This document shows, piece by piece, positions 60,650 to 64,000 of a stretch of DNA of 64,000 nt. Position 1 is the first letter of the stretch. The number at the start of each line of letters is the position of its first letter. The translations under genes were made by a program, and so were the position numbers. Below the pieces are notes generated by a model that was given only the letters and a program-made list of their open reading frames with translations, was not told the DNA's origin and ran no database searches. The stretch comes from Chrysomallon squamiferum (lineage: Eukaryota > Animalia > Mollusca): positions 18,848,001-18,912,000 of the forward strand of contig CM022665.1 of the NCBI GenBank assembly GCA_012295275.1, written 5' to 3'.

Positions 60650-61668
60650 TATTTTCTAGGTATTTTCTGTATTAGTATAAAATAATTACACACTCAAACA
60701 TATATTATATGTAGATATGTTTTCAAACATCACTGGAAGAAAGATAACTGTATTAAAAAACACAACTAAAAAATAAGCCTTGTAAACAAACCTCCACTCA
60801 AACAAAGCCCCAGTGAAACAAAAACAAATCAACAAGAAGAAATAATAATAAAAGAAACAGAACTGGTAATAATAAAATAAAGAAACCACAAAAGAAAAAA
60901 AGAAGAAAAGAAAGTCGTAAAACTAAGGTAAGTAATTTATATATTATCACAGTAAATAAATGTCAGCAAAGAGATGGGTTGTTACTTAGATACAGCTTTC
61001 AGTATCGTATTAGTCTCTAAAAAGCTAATTTACTTAAAAACTAAATTATATTTAATTATTTGAAGGCAGCTAAATAGACGGGTGAAAAGCAGGACGTACA
61101 AAGAGCGTTCGTTACTAACATGAAATAATTCTTTGCTTCCTTACAAAATAAACAACTGCTGCCTGTTGAAGCTACTACTAATAATAGTAATCATGGCCGT
61201 AACTACACTGAGGCAAATATAACCGAAACTGACGATTTTTATTATTATTATTATTCATTTTTTTTTATACAAATATTTTCTTTAAGAAATATAAAATATA
61301 AATGGATAGAACTGAAGAATTTGCGTCATTCAAGTCGGACCTTCTGGGGGCCTTAAGCGGACTCCGGACCCCTCGCCCGAATGTTTTTGCCACGCCCCGA
61401 TCCGCCGGGCGATTAAGTGTTTTTGCCTCATTTCATAAAGAGTCTGGTTTCGGCTAACATTACTTTTATTAGTAATAGTAGTAGTAGCATTTGTAGTAGT
61501 AGTTGTAGTGGTAATAGTAGTAGTAATTGTTGTATTGATAGTAGGAGTAATACTGTTAGTAGAAGCTGATGTAGTAGTAGTAGTAGTAGTAGTAGTGATA
61601 GTGGCAGTCCTGCTAGAGTTGTCGCTGTAATAGTGGTCTCAGTAGTAGTAGTAGTAGAAGTCATATTA

Positions 61669-62622
61669 ATTGTACTAGAGTATTTGTAAGAATACTAGAG
61701 TGTTTGTAACAATACTAGTAATATTTGTTATTGTACTAGAGTATATGTAACAATACTAGTAGTATTTGTTATTGTACTAGAGTATATGTAACAATATTAG
61801 TAGTATTTGTTATTGTACTAGAGTATTTGTAACAATACTAGTGGTATTTGTTATTGTACTAGAGTATTTTTAACAATATTAGTAGTATTTGTTATTGTAC
61901 TAGAGTATTTGTAACAATATTAGTAGTATTTGTTATTGTACTAGAGTATTTGTAACAATAGTAGTAGTATTTGTTATTGTTCTAGAGTATTTGTAACAAT
62001 ACTAGTAATATTTGTAACAATAGTAGTAGTATTTGTTATTGTACTAGAGTATTTGTAACAATATTAGTAGTATTTGTTATTGTACTAGAGTATTTGTAAC
62101 AATAGTAGTAGTATTTGTTATTGTTCTAGAGTATTTGTAACAATACTAGTAATATTTGTAACAATAGTAGTAGTATTTGTTATTGTACTAGAGTATTTGT
62201 AACAATATTAGTAGTATTTGTTATTGTACTAGAGTATTTGTAAGAATACTAGTAGTATTTGTATTGTGCTAGAGTATTTGTTATTGTACTAGAGTATTTG
62301 TACCAATACTAGTAGTATTTGTACCAATACTAGTGGTATTTGTTATTGTACTAGAGTATTTGTAACAATACTAGTAATATTTGTAACAATAGTAGTAGTA
62401 TTTGTTATTGTACTAGAGTATTTGTAACAATATTAGTAGTATTTGTTATTGTACTAGAGTCGGTCCATTTGTGCTGCTTTTAGTAGTATTTGTATTGTGC
62501 TAGAGTATTTGTTATTGTACTAGAGTATTTGTACCAATACTAGTAGTATTTGTACCAATACTAGTGGTATTTGTTATTGTACTAGAGTATTTGTAACAAT
62601 ATTAGTAGTATTTGCAACAGTA
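61669..62622. repeat. 41-bp minisatellite (20+21-bp halves), about 23 units
   Basis: Unit TATTGTACTAGAGTATTTGTAACAATA(C/T)TAGTAGTATTTGT, preceded by degenerate (AGT)n at 61470-61660. Confidence 0.95.
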
Positions 62623-62673
62623 CTGGTGTTAAATTAATAAATTGCCAATAATTATGCGTCCTGTTTTTTGCAG

Positions 62674-62879
62674 TGTGTCGACTGCCTAAAGTTGTCGGTC
62701 CATGTCGTGCTGCTTTTAGAAGGTACTTCTACAACAGCAGCACTGGCACGTGCCAACTCTTTATTTATGGTGGTTGCCGAGGAAACCGAAACAACTTCCG
62801 GTCGCTGGCGATGTGTTATCGACGATGTGGTGGACACGGCATGATTTTCGGAAGACGCTACAGATACGACGATGACTAA
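62674..62879 (+). CDS. Second Kunitz exon, probable alternative last exon of gene C (isoform 2, 173 aa)
   Basis: Acceptor ctgttttttgcag|TG TGT, phase 1. [68 protein letters not shown], intact with six Cys; AATAAA at 62933. No signal-peptide, exon-2 or exon-3 homologues seen between 59327 and 62674. Confidence 0.85.
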
Positions 62880-63035
62880 ATCATCAGCTACTGTAAATTA
62901 TGTAAAAACAAAGGTGTGATAATTCTATGATTAATAAATGATCATCTGTGATATTTGTTTATTGTTAATATTTTAAATAGCACTAGTAACAGTTAAAAGA
63001 GTAGTAGAATTATTATTAGTAGTAGTACTAGTACC

Positions 63036-63072
<37 letters not shown>

Positions 63073-63639
63073 AATAAAATATAAAATGCATCGTACATTC
63101 CATTATATTTATTTGTTGGTTTGGTTGTTTGTTTATTTGTTTATTATACATGTATTCGTTTTTCTTCTTCTTTGTTTATGTTACTTTTTTTTATCTCTCT
63201 CTCTGTATGTGTGTGTGTGTGTGTGTGTGTGTCTGTAATAATAATACTGAACCATCACAAATATTGATATTTGTTTGCCTTTTTGACCAATTGATCATAA
63301 AAGCCTTATATTTTTATATACTCATAACATTAAAAAACTGTTTGTTCCAAATTTTTGGATGATACTGTTTAGCATAATAATATCCATACTTTATTTTGTA
63401 TGCATGCATACATACATACATACATAATACATACATACATACATACATACATACATACATACATACATACATACATACTTGTTTGACATCACAATGAAGC
63501 GCGTGGTCTCACAGAATTGTTCCGCCTAGATGTTACGATTGAGCTACTTTCCTGTTCCAGTCCGTGCACTAAACTGGAAACTCGTTTATATTTTCACTCA
63601 GTGCTAATACTTACAAATAACACCAGAGAGTGGCAAAAC

Positions 63640-63935
63640 GCACAGGACTGGACTGGAAGTCAGTTACACTATATTTCTACCTGTTTTAAGTCTGAGTGTT
63701 TATTTATTATTCCTGGACACGATTACTTTCAGTGTCTTCTAAATTAGCTCTAAATGTAATAAATGTTTTGCGTCCAGGTAAGACTGGACTGGAAGTCGAC
63801 TGACTGTATTTCTACGTTTCAGTCTGAAAGTTAATTTACGATTCCTTGCTTACAGTTCCGTTCATTGTTTTCTAACTTAGCTCTAAGTTTTCGGATTGGA
63901 TTGGAAGTCGTCTGTCTGTACGTCTAGATTTTTAT
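63640..63935. repeat. Diverged ~115-135 bp tandem repeat, 3 copies
   Basis: ga(c/t)tgga(c/t)tggaagtc...ct(a/g)tatttctac at about 63647, 63782 and 63894, with ttagctctaa in the first two units. Confidence 0.7.
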
Positions 63936-64000
63936 TTTTCCAAATTTATCGCGTTTCTCCTGAAAACCCGGGGCGTGTCATTTCTCACCTGTCTGTCATA

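Noticed and set aside
61335-61415. GC-rich fragment, with similar 'aaatc.tg.atccgc' ends near 12885 and 21003
   Set aside because: Probably short remnants of a common interspersed repeat, too short to classify.

Overview
AT-rich, microsatellite-rich, intron-containing animal DNA. A mollusc or other lophotrochozoan is plausible, but that is inference. The window holds the last three coding exons of a Cappuccino/FMN-type formin (+, stop at 1090) and a convergent Gremlin (DAN-family BMP antagonist) gene whose whole ORF is in one exon (-, 12001-12549). This is the same tail-to-tail pairing as vertebrate FMN1-GREM1 and FMN2-GREM2. About 25 kb with no evident coding sequence follows, containing CpG-rich patches, SINE/MITE remnants, a ~245 bp hairpin and a 4.1 kb 79/85-bp satellite. 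The last third is a tandem cluster of three spliced, secreted Kunitz genes (+). They share the architecture signal peptide / 4-Cys antistasin-like module / FOLN-like CX4CX5CX8C module / Kunitz domain, with identical intron phases and P1 residues N, L and R. The third gene appears to have two alternative terminal Kunitz exons, separated by a Tigger-type transposon remnant and a 41-bp minisatellite. All gene models were assembled by eye from GT-AG sites and reading-frame continuity; no database search was run.
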